64,000 nucleotides of DNA from a virus (Duplodnaviria > Caudoviricetes), in the IMG/VR virus record IMGVR_UViG_3300023174_000037. One strand, given 5' to 3'. The position numbers and the translations under genes are program-made. Positions 1 through 6,529 of the stretch are shown one piece after another (position 1 is the first letter of the stretch; every line of letters starts with the position of its first letter). The notes under the pieces were generated by a model. That model had not been told where the DNA came from and searched no databases. It saw only the letters and a program-made list of their open reading frames with translations.

Positions 1-306
1 GTTAATTTTTAAATTGTGTAGCTTGCCGTGATAGGTAATTTCGTTATCACCGTTAAACTCATCTAATTTAACACCATATTTGTAGATGGCGCCAGTGGTT
101 CTCATAAATGCTCGATCGTCTTTAAATCCTAACAAATTTTTAAGGTTGTACGGGCCATCAAATGCCATGGCCTCACCGACTTGAAGTTTAGGAATCTTAG
201 AACTGCCTACAATAGTAATTTTAATGCCTGGGACATTTTGTAACAGTGACAAGGCTGTATACCATCCACTAAAGCCAGCTCCAGCAATGACTATTTTTTG
301 AATCAT
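1..306 (-). CDS. FAD-dependent tryptophan-halogenase-like flavoprotein, N-terminal part (runs off the window)
   Basis: Manual translation MIQKIVIAGAGFSGWYTALSL...KLQVGEAM shows a GxGxxG Rossmann motif and a VGEA motif; ATGA overlap with the upstream ORF. Confidence 0.7.
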   Translation of the reverse strand, partial: MIQKIVIAGAGFSGWYTALSLLQNVPGIKITIVGSSKIPKLQVGEAMAFDGPYNLKNLLGFKDDRAFMRTTGAIYKYGVKLDEFNGDNEITYHGKLHNLKIN

Positions 307-758
307 GAAAAAATCCTTCCTGTAATAGAAAATCTAATTTTACCAGGCTCTGTGTTAACGACTTGGTGGGCAGTATCGGCTTTAAAAATATGCCAACGAC
401 GAGGTTCAATACGATATGATGCTAACTTGGTAGCATAGTCATCATCAAAGAATTCAGTCAACACATTGTCGCCACCACAGTCCAATACATAAGTTAGTTT
501 AATTTTTGTAGCATAATCTTTGTGTAGGCGTAAATCTCCAACGGCAGCCTGGAATCCAAAATACATGTCGGCACAGATATTTTGTTGGCACCATTGATTA
601 ATTTCTTCATTGAAACTATCACTCCACCAATAGGTATCAGGGTTAGCTACGTTACCTGGTTGTTTACAATATTGATCGAAGTCGCGGTTAATACGGTCTA
701 ACATTTCCGTGGGAATTTGTGGAAAGTTAACGTATTGTATGTACCTTGGAGTATACAT
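303..758 (-). CDS. Putative 2OG-Fe(II) oxygenase/cupin-fold protein
   Basis: HKD...distal H (AHQV) facial-triad pattern. Confidence 0.5.
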   Translation of the reverse strand: MYTPRYIQYVNFPQIPTEMLDRINRDFDQYCKQPGNVANPDTYWWSDSFNEEINQWCQQNICADMYFGFQAAVGDLRLHKDYATKIKLTYVLDCGGDNVLTEFFDDDYATKLASYRIEPRRWHIFKADTAHQVVNTEPGKIRFSITGRIFS

Positions 759-922
759 TATCTGCCTCGACCAGCACTTTTTGTAGGAGGCTTTTTACTA
801 ACAGGTGGCGCAGTTTTAATTTTTTTTACTTTGGTATCAGTGATGCCACTATCGTTTTCTATATGACGAATACCTTTTTTCTTGTCCAGTGCAGCCTTAA
901 TTGTATCGCTTAGTTTGCTCAT
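758..922 (-). CDS. Small basic hypothetical protein (54 aa, MSKLSDTIKAALDKKK...)
   Basis: Manual translation; fills the gap between tRNA-Thr and the next ORF, with stop/start abutting. Confidence 0.55.
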   Translation of the reverse strand: MSKLSDTIKAALDKKKGIRHIENDSGITDTKVKKIKTAPPVSKKPPTKSAGRGR

Positions 923-946
923 CACAGTTCCTTATTGTATTAATAA

Positions 947-1022
947 TGGTGCCCCTTGTCCGACTCGAACAGACCACCTACGGATTACAAATCCGTTGCT
1001 CTACCGGATGAGCTAAAGGGGC
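947..1022 (-). tRNA. tRNA-Thr(TGT)
   Basis: Cloverleaf, stem ACGGA/TCCGT, loop TT-TGT-AA, encoded CCA. Confidence 0.95.
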
Positions 1023-1083
1023 GCACTACTACTTATTTGTCAAAAAACGCATACATAAATATCATGTGATTTAAAGGCTCTCA

Positions 1084-1230
1084 ATGAAAATTCAACAAGA
1101 CGATATAGGATTCTACCTTGAATTCAAGTATGCCCGTTATATCGAGCACCCGGGCTGGTACCTTATGGCAATAACATTACTCGGTGTCTTTGCATTTAAT
1201 TTAGGATTTTTAATAGGGTCAATTTATTAG
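1084..1230 (+). CDS. Small membrane protein (48 aa)
   Basis: Manual translation MKIQQDDIGFYLEF...LLGVFAFNLGFLIGSIY with a C-terminal hydrophobic helix; TAAATA motif upstream. Confidence 0.45.
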   Translation: MKIQQDDIGFYLEFKYARYIEHPGWYLMAITLLGVFAFNLGFLIGSIY

Positions 1231-1234
1231 GACC

Positions 1235-1324
1235 TGGCGGAGAGTGTGGGATTCGAACCCACGATAGTGTTGCCACTATGACGGTTTAGTAGACCGTTGG
1301 TTTCAGCCGCTCACCCAACTCTCC
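1235..1324 (-). tRNA. tRNA-Ser(ACT), unusual A34 anticodon
   Basis: Class II cloverleaf GGAGAGT acceptor, G73, long variable arm, stem ACGGT/ACCGT, loop CT-ACT-AA. Confidence 0.9.
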
Positions 1325-1385
1325 GTTATTTTACTGTCATATACAATTTGATAAATAATTTTATACAAAATAAACGGCGTATATA

Positions 1386-1817
1386 ATGTTACACACAATT
1401 ACCACTATCTCAGACGATCTTGCTACCCTTATCAAGGACGATCCTGTGCGCCCAGAAATACCCTTGTGTGATCGTGTAAACTCAAACAGTCGAATCTACA
1501 TGTTGAAAGATGGCGATCAAACATTGGCTGTTACTTGTGTTAAATTTTTAGAAACAATTCCTTCAGCAGTTGATGATTTGGTTGTAATGATCGGCAGCGC
1601 AACTACCGCGGTATTTTATACCATCTGGAGTTACACAGCTGGTGCCGGTCGAGAACTCATTGTTGAAGCTCAAAAGTCAATTGAATCAGAGTTTCCAGAG
1701 ATTCAAACTTATGTGACATTGAGTCCTAAGACCGAAATGGCTCGACGTTTTCACTTGAAAAACGGTGCTCGCGAACTACGCGAGAACGTCGACACCATCA
1801 ACTACATCTACAAATAA
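1386..1817 (+). CDS. Hypothetical protein, possibly GNAT-like fold
   Basis: ORF track; YTIWSYTAGAGRELI and RFHLKNGA resemble acetyl-CoA-binding motifs A and B. Confidence 0.5.
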   Translation: MLHTITTISDDLATLIKDDPVRPEIPLCDRVNSNSRIYMLKDGDQTLAVTCVKFLETIPSAVDDLVVMIGSATTAVFYTIWSYTAGAGRELIVEAQKSIESEFPEIQTYVTLSPKTEMARRFHLKNGARELRENVDTINYIYK

Positions 1818-1819
1818 CA

Positions 1820-1981
1820 TCACTTGTTTAAAATTTGTGTTTGTTTGAAAGCCTTGATTTTAGCATGAGCACTGGCTCGGCTGGCAGTAATTTGTCTACT
1901 GGCCTCAGATCTTTTTTCGGTCTTGGTCCATTGCCCTGCCAAGGTACGACTCAATTCAGTTGCTGTTTGTTGTTTTGCCAT
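1820..1981 (-). CDS. Small basic hypothetical protein (53 aa, MAKQQTATELSRTLAGQW...)
   Basis: Manual translation; AGGA RBS upstream. Confidence 0.55.
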   Translation of the reverse strand: MAKQQTATELSRTLAGQWTKTEKRSEASRQITASRASAHAKIKAFKQTQILNK

Positions 1982-2009
1982 TTGTATTCCTATCTAGAAA
2001 ATTTTGTTG

Positions 2010-2231
2010 TTATTTTACTTTGGACATATACTGAAGCATGTCAATTTTGCCTTGTTGCATTTCTAGCAAGGCATCAACAGGAGTAACATACGCACCAGTT
2101 TCTCGTGCCCGACGTTTGAGTTCACGTAGTCGTTGCGACACAGCAACGATCATGTCATACCGAGAACCAGCAAGGCTCACACATTTTTCAAGATCAACCT
2201 GGCTACTACGACTGTCAACGATTGGTTTCAT
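2010..2231 (-). CDS. rpoZ: RNA polymerase omega subunit-like protein
   Basis: SRYDMIVAVSQRLREL and VDALLEMQQGKI match the RpoZ motifs NRFxLVxxAxxRARQL and xALxEIxxGxI; 73 aa. Confidence 0.75.
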   Translation of the reverse strand: MKPIVDSRSSQVDLEKCVSLAGSRYDMIVAVSQRLRELKRRARETGAYVTPVDALLEMQQGKIDMLQYMSKVK

Positions 2232-2254
2232 ATCTTCTCCTGTTGTAAATGTAT

Positions 2255-2283
2255 ATTATACACGAAAACAATCTACTAGTCAA
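2255..2283 (-). promoter_or_regulatory. sigma70-type promoter for the rpoZ-like gene
   Basis: TTGACT-17 nt-TATAAT. Confidence 0.75.
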
Positions 2284-2981
2284 GCAATGATTTTTAATTC
2301 GTTAAACAATGGAACTATTTGTCGTTCAAAATACAATCGATGTCCATCATTGTTGATATGGCTATCAGCGCATTCGTATTGTTGATTAAATTTTAAATCC
2401 TTAATGCCCGAATAATCAAAATCCTGCACATTCTTAATTTGAGAAGCATGTAATACATCTTCTAATAGATCGAATGTGATATTATCTTCTGGTTCAAATT
2501 CTGGTAAACTCCAAAGAAACCGGGCACCTTGAATTGATGCTTGTCCATATGCCGCTAATATATTTGAAGTTGAAATATTTTTGTCTATGGCAATGTTTGA
2601 AAGATATTGGAGCTGGTATTTCTGTGCAGTTTGATAGTCGTCTGGCCCAGGTATTTCCCAACCAGGTACCCATGAGATTATTTTATCAGAATAGTAAGGA
2701 TGTGCAATTTGTTTTCTTTCTATATAGCTTCCTGCAAACACAATTAAATCAAACGTGTTTTCGGCGCAGGCATTTAATATATTAACAAGTATAGAAGTAT
2801 TATCAAGCCCAGGCAATGATTTATTCATCACAGTTAACGTAGGATATTGTTGTTGTAATAATGATGCCCAGCAAAATTCACTAGGACCATCTGTATCTTC
2901 CCATTTTGGTGGAGGACCGTCACCACGGTCACTGCATCCTTGCCCAAACGCAAAACTATCACCGGCAATTAAAATTTTCAT
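2280..2981 (-). CDS. SGNH/GDSL hydrolase-like protein
   Basis: N-terminal AGDSF and C-terminal DSH..DGH motifs. Confidence 0.6.
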   Translation of the reverse strand: MKILIAGDSFAFGQGCSDRGDGPPPKWEDTDGPSEFCWASLLQQQYPTLTVMNKSLPGLDNTSILVNILNACAENTFDLIVFAGSYIERKQIAHPYYSDKIISWVPGWEIPGPDDYQTAQKYQLQYLSNIAIDKNISTSNILAAYGQASIQGARFLWSLPEFEPEDNITFDLLEDVLHASQIKNVQDFDYSGIKDLKFNQQYECADSHINNDGHRLYFERQIVPLFNELKIIA

Positions 2982-3001
2982 ACAGTATTTAATACAACAT
3001 A

Positions 3002-3078
3002 TGGTGCCCCGAGAAAGATTCGAACCTTCAACAGCTCCCTTTTGAGGAGAGTGCGTCTACCAATTGCGCCACCGGGGC
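3002..3078 (-). tRNA. tRNA-Leu(CAA), short variable region
   Basis: Cloverleaf, loop CT-CAA-AA, A73, CCA; variable region about 5 nt. Confidence 0.9.
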
Positions 3079-3092
3079 GTGTAAAGTGCTTA

Positions 3093-3803
3093 TTATACAA
3101 CAACAGAAGTATTCCATTGTTGTGAGATAGCAGGTATTAATATGTTGTCGGCCCAGCTTACATAACTTTCTTTTGCAGGATGCCACTTATCCTCGGCTAG
3201 TGCAAAATTATTAGAGTTAACATATCCAAGAAGATTTTGAGTGTAAGGAACAAATGCTATTTGTTTGTTTGCAAAAAATTCTTGCATTTGATCAACTATA
3301 AGTTGATCTATATCATCAATACCAAAAAATACCAGCATGTGATCAGCCAATTGATTTACTAACCATATAGTGCATAGCAATTGGCTAATATCATTGTTTA
3401 TGTTGGAATAAAAAAAGTCTTGATTTTTTAACACATAAGTGTCATGTAAAATATCTACATGACGTTGGCCATCAATATAATTCTTAGTTGGTGATTGTTG
3501 AGAGTAAGTAAATCCGTTATCATGTTTTGGCATATATTTTTTACCAACAACATCTGGATGGTCTGGCGGCAAACGCATATTGCCGGTCCTAGTTGGAAAA
3601 GTTATTTGCCAAACTATATCAAAGGGTTCGTAAGGTGACAACACAAAATCATTTATTCTATTGATTTGTGTGCGATTAGTTCCGCCGCCAATGGCTAAAT
3701 TTATCAATTTGTTGTAGGCAAAATAGTCTTTGACATAATCGGCCCAGCCCGGTTGTTGAGTGAAACTACACCCACAAGTGACTAGCGTTTTAGGTGAATT
3801 CAT
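3093..3803 (-). CDS. SGNH hydrolase-like protein
   Basis: TCGCSFT, NLAIGGGTN and DKWHP motifs; TATAAATA upstream. Confidence 0.55.
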   Translation of the reverse strand: MNSPKTLVTCGCSFTQQPGWADYVKDYFAYNKLINLAIGGGTNRTQINRINDFVLSPYEPFDIVWQITFPTRTGNMRLPPDHPDVVGKKYMPKHDNGFTYSQQSPTKNYIDGQRHVDILHDTYVLKNQDFFYSNINNDISQLLCTIWLVNQLADHMLVFFGIDDIDQLIVDQMQEFFANKQIAFVPYTQNLLGYVNSNNFALAEDKWHPAKESYVSWADNILIPAISQQWNTSVVV

Positions 3804-3830
3804 TGTGCAATATTTATAGATTTAAATCAA

Positions 3831-3906
3831 TGGGGTAACCAATGGGAATCGAACCCATATTAACGGAATCACAATCCGTGGTGTTGACCGTTACACTATG
3901 ATCACC
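3831..3906 (-). tRNA. tRNA-His(GTG)
   Basis: G-1:C73 eight-pair acceptor, loop TT-GTG-AT. Confidence 0.95.
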
Positions 3907-3912
3907 ATTGTT

Positions 3913-3987
3913 TGGTCCGCCCTGCAGGAATCGAACCCACATTCTAGAGGTAGAAGCTCTATGTTCTATCCATTGAACTAAGGGCAG
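3913..3987 (-). tRNA. tRNA-Arg(TCT)
   Basis: Cloverleaf, loop CT-TCT-AC, CCA. Confidence 0.93.
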
Positions 3988-3994
3988 AATAATT

Positions 3995-4068
3995 TGGCAG
4001 AGGGTACTGGGATCGAACCAGTGATGACAGAGTCAAAGTCTGTAGTGTTACCGCTACACTAACCCCCA
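3995..4068 (-). tRNA. tRNA-Gln(TTG)
   Basis: Cloverleaf, loop CT-TTG-AC, G73. Confidence 0.93.
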
Positions 4069-4078
4069 ACAAAAAACT

Positions 4079-4153
4079 TGGTGCCCTGTAATAGAATCGA
4101 ACTACTACACCCGGACTACAAAACCGGACCTCTACCATTAAGGATAACAGGGC
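4079..4153 (-). tRNA. tRNA-Thr(TGT), second atypical copy
   Basis: Acceptor GCCCTGT/ACAGGGC, loop TT-TGT-AG, T-T mismatch at 31-39, weak D stem. Confidence 0.75.
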
Positions 4154-4158
4154 ATGTA

Positions 4159-4234
4159 TGGTGGTGCCTCCAGGAATTGAACCTGGTTCAACGGCTCTTC
4201 AGACCGCCGCTATGACCACATCAGCTAAAGCACC
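4159..4234 (-). tRNA. tRNA-Phe(GAA)
   Basis: Cloverleaf, loop CT-GAA-GA, CCA. Confidence 0.93.
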
Positions 4235-4300
4235 ATATAGAAGCACACTCACGTTTCTGATGTCTCTGTATACTGTGTGTATACCGAGTATGCTTTTATA
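4235..4300 (-). repeat. Structured spacer motif, copy 1 (similar to the tmRNA intervening segment and the 9337-9404 element)
   Basis: Outer stem AAGCATACTC/GAGTGTGCTT, inner hairpin GTATAC-ACACA-GTATAC, tail AGAGACATCAGAAACGT. Confidence 0.7.
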
Positions 4301-4472
4301 TGGTAGGACCGCCCGGATTCGAACCGGGGATTGGCAGATTAAAAGTCTGCTGTGATACCGCTTCACCACGATCCCTTACTTTTTGTAAACGTCTAAGAGC
4401 TTTGGTACTCTTGCGGTGCGAGCCCGCCTTCCGTTTACTTGCCAATACAGCAAATATATTTCTTGGTTTCAT
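4296..4472 (-). CDS. Small Lys/Arg-rich ORF (MKPRNIFAVLASKRKAGSHRKS...) reading through tRNA-Lys
   Basis: Strong RBS AAGGAG; no in-frame stop before the tRNA. Confidence 0.4.
   Translation of the reverse strand: MKPRNIFAVLASKRKAGSHRKSTKALRRLQKVRDRGEAVSQQTFNLPIPGSNPGGPTI
4301..4375 (-). tRNA. tRNA-Lys(TTT)
   Basis: Cloverleaf, loop CT-TTT-AA, CCA. Confidence 0.95.
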
Positions 4473-4493
4473 TTCGCTTCTCCTTTTAAAAAT

Positions 4494-4570
4494 TGGTGGG
4501 TCTTGAGAGACTCGAACTCCCAACCGCTGGTTTCGAAGACCAGAACTCTAATCCATTGAGCTAAAGACCC
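4494..4570 (-). tRNA. tRNA-Arg(TCG)
   Basis: Cloverleaf, loop CT-TCG-AA. Confidence 0.93.
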
Positions 4571-4576
4571 GTATAC

Positions 4577-4668
4577 TGGTACCCCCGGCGGGAATCGAAC
4601 CCACATGAACCAATTATCTGTTGCTTACGGGATATAAATCCGCCGTTTTACCGTTAAACTACAGGGGC
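4577..4668 (-). tRNA. tRNA-Ile(TAT)-like with about 22-nt extra/variable region
   Basis: Acceptor GCCCCTG/CGGGGGT, A73 and CCA, loop TT-TAT-AT, insert AAGCAACAGATAATTGGTTCAT before the T arm. Confidence 0.75.
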
Positions 4669-4673
4669 AAATT

Positions 4674-4747
4674 TGGTGCTCTAACGTAGAATCGAACTAC
4701 GATTACTGTCATACCAAGACAGAGTTCTGCCATTAAACTATAAGAGC
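4674..4747 (-). tRNA. tRNA-Thr(GGT)
   Basis: Stem CTGTC/GACAG, loop TT-GGT-AT. Confidence 0.92.
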
Positions 4748-4752
4748 AAACA

Positions 4753-4827
4753 TGGAGCAGGATATCGGGGTCGAACCGATGACCTACACGTTGGCAACGT
4801 GTCGTTCTTCCACTGAACTAATCCTGC
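4753..4827 (-). tRNA. tRNA-Gly(GCC)
   Basis: Loop TT-GCC-AA, U73. Confidence 0.95.
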
Positions 4828-4832
4828 ATGAT

Positions 4833-4920
4833 TGGCGGAGAGTATCAGATTCGAACTGATGCGCCTCTTTCGAAACGACAGTTTAGCAAACTGCTGGTTT
4901 AACCACTCACCCAACTCTCC
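4833..4920 (-). tRNA. tRNA-Ser(GCT)
   Basis: Class II cloverleaf, loop TT-GCT-AA. Confidence 0.95.
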
Positions 4921-4927
4921 GTTATCT

Positions 4928-5002
4928 TGGTAGCCACGGTTGGGAACGATCCAACGGCCTAACGCTTATCAAGCGTTTGCTCTACCACTGAGCTACGCGG
5001 CT
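4928..5002 (-). tRNA. tRNA-Ile(GAT)
   Basis: Loop TT-GAT-AA, CCA. Confidence 0.93.
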
Positions 5003-5010
5003 ATATTGAA

Positions 5011-5230
5011 TTTGTTAAAGTAGCAGCACCACATTATTGCTGCCATTCACCCGAATTAACAAGCTCGAGCGGGAGTCGGTAAGTTACTTGGGATACCGGT
5101 CCAGTTTAGTCGCCTCAATGGACCCCTGCAGTTTCCCGCAGGGTGGGTGTCGAACCCATCACCTTCTACTGCGTTGGTCCTTCGAAGAAACCTAGACAGC
5201 GTGACTTTCTCTTGCTAACACTCTAACAAA
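5011..5230 (-). ncRNA. Unassigned structured RNA of about 220 nt (weak RNase P RNA-like elements)
   Basis: Terminal stem TTTGTTAGAGT/ACTTTAACAAA with G-U pairs favouring the minus strand, several internal hairpins, no ORF. Confidence 0.6.
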
Positions 5231-5233
5231 ACT

Positions 5234-5309
5234 TGGTACCTGAGACTGGACTCGAACCAGTATCGCTCTCCTTGTAAGGGAGACGTATAACCTCTCTACG
5301 CACTCAGGC
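5234..5309 (-). tRNA. tRNA-Val(TAC)
   Basis: Loop CT-TAC-AA. Confidence 0.93.
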
Positions 5310-5337
5310 TTTATATTCTCTAAGAACGACCCATGTA

Positions 5338-5416
5338 TGGTCCGAGTAGAAGGATTCGAACCTTCGATCTCCTGCTCCCAAAGCAGGCGGATTAAACCAG
5401 ACTTTCCTACACTCGG
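5338..5416 (-). tRNA. tRNA-Pro(TGG)
   Basis: Stem CCTGC/GCAGG, loop TT-TGG-GA, C1-G72, A73. Confidence 0.93.
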
Positions 5417-5419
5417 AGA

Positions 5420-5463
5420 AAAGAAAAACCACCAAGCTGTCCCCGAAGGCAACAGAAGGTGGC
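5420..5463 (-). terminator. UUCG-capped hairpin followed by a U-tract (terminator or processing site)
   Basis: CCACC..CTGT..CC-TTCG-GG..ACAG..GGTGG then TTTTTCTTTT. Confidence 0.5.
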
Positions 5464-5475
5464 CGTATTAAAAAG

Positions 5476-5596
5476 GTGAACAAGTCGTTATCACTGCCAC
5501 GCCCGGATATAATTACTCGCTCGGCAAGGGTACGTCACTAGACGGTTAGGAAAGGTAACCCGTGTGCATTTAACACTGCTCAAACAACTTGTTCAT
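5476..5596 (-). ncRNA. Unassigned structured RNA of about 120 nt
   Basis: 13-bp closing stem TGAACAAGTTGTT/AACGACTTGTTCA and internal hairpins. Confidence 0.55.
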
Positions 5597-5599
5597 AGT

Positions 5600-5674
5600 T
5601 GGTGGAAATAAGTAGATTCGAACTACTGACCTGCGCCGTATGAAGGCGATGCACTACCGCTGTGCTATATTTCC
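5600..5674 (-). tRNA. tRNA(CAT), elongator Met or Ile2
   Basis: G1-C72 paired (not an initiator), loop TT-CAT-AC. Confidence 0.88.
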
Positions 5675-5678
5675 AAAT

Positions 5679-5753
5679 TGGCGGTCTGTGGGGGAATCGA
5701 ACCCCCGTAAGTGGATAGACAATCCACAGTAATAACCTCTATACGAACAGACC
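5679..5753 (-). tRNA. tRNA-Asp(GTC)
   Basis: Loop TT-GTC-TA, G73. Confidence 0.93.
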
Positions 5754-5759
5754 TAAAAT

Positions 5760-5837
5760 TGGAGCAACGGGCGTGATTTGAACACGCGGTTTTACGGATT
5801 TGCAATCCGTTGCATTGGACCACTCTGCCACCGTTGC
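5760..5837 (-). tRNA. tRNA-Cys(GCA)
   Basis: Loop TT-GCA-AA, U73. Confidence 0.92.
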
Positions 5838-5844
5838 ATAAAAT

Positions 5845-5921
5845 TGGCTCCCCGTCGTGGGCTCGAACCACGGACATCGACATTAACAGTGTCGCGCAAC
5901 TACCAACTGTGCTAACGGGGA
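5845..5921 (-). tRNA. tRNA-Asn(GTT)
   Basis: Loop CT-GTT-AA, G73. Confidence 0.95.
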
Positions 5922-5929
5922 ATAAAAAC

Positions 5930-6003
5930 TGGAGCGGAGTGAGAGAATCGAACTCTCGACCGAAGATTGGAAATCTGCTGTTTTGCCATTAAACTAACCC
6001 CGC
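5930..6003 (-). tRNA. tRNA-Gly(TCC)
   Basis: Loop TT-TCC-AA, U73. Confidence 0.95.
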
Positions 6004-6011
6004 AAAATGCT

Positions 6012-6114
6012 TTCTGTCCGTCGTGGTAATTATAGTGTATCAGAAATTTGGTCAGGCTTTACCCCAATTAATCTTTCATCACTTACACCCTCCACCCACT
6101 CGCCACGGACAGAA
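6012..6114 (-). ncRNA. Unassigned rod-like structured RNA of about 100 nt
   Basis: 10-bp closing stem TTCTGTCCGT/ACGGACAGAA plus further nested helices. Confidence 0.5.
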
Positions 6115-6117
6115 CTC

Positions 6118-6252
6118 TCGTGTTGCCAACGCTGGTTTGGTCGACCCCATGGATGAACCCATGTCCTCTAATTTAATAGAGAAGAACCACCCTACTGAGG
6201 ACAACTCAGTTTCATTTCCTCTGGGTCAGAGTAGCAGTTGTGAAGCTGCATG
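6118..6252 (-). ncRNA. Unassigned multi-hairpin RNA directly downstream of its own promoter
   Basis: Five to six consecutive short hairpins (GCAG/CTGC, CTCTG/CAGAG, ACTGAG/CTCAGT, CTCTA/TAGAG, CATGG/CCATG). Confidence 0.45.
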
Positions 6253-6264
6253 TTCAATAATACA

Positions 6265-6293
6265 ATTATACTTGATTATGGTTACAATGTCAA
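6265..6293 (-). promoter_or_regulatory. Consensus sigma70 promoter inside the tRNA array
   Basis: TTGACA-17 nt-TATAAT. Confidence 0.85.
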
Positions 6294-6304
6294 GCATACT
6301 TTTT

Positions 6305-6389
6305 TGGTGCGACTGGCCGGAATCGAACCGGCACACCCGAAAGCGAGAGATTTTAAGTCTCTTGTGTCTACCTATTTCACCACAGTCGC
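6305..6389 (-). tRNA. tRNA-Leu(TAA)
   Basis: Class II with long arm, loop CT-TAA-AA. Confidence 0.95.
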
Positions 6390-6399
6390 ATTTTATCAC

Positions 6400-6476
6400 T
6401 GGTGCCCAAGGAGAGACTCGAACTCTCAAAATACGGCTTCTAAGACCGGCATGTATACCAATTCCATCACCTGGGC
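6400..6476 (-). tRNA. tRNA-Leu(TAG), short variable region
   Basis: Loop CT-TAG-AA, A73; no long arm. Confidence 0.88.
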
Positions 6477-6500
6477 CTGAATTTTTAAAGAACAAGCGCA

Positions 6501-6529
6501 ATTGTAGCGTTTATTCTTTATGTTGTCAA
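6501..6529 (-). promoter_or_regulatory. sigma70 promoter for the downstream tRNAs
   Basis: TTGACA-17 nt-TACAAT. Confidence 0.8.

Noticed and set aside
4235-4300. HDV-like theta ribozyme after the tRNA 3' end
   Set aside because: No nested double-pseudoknot pattern or G at the cleavage position; it is kept as an unassigned motif instead
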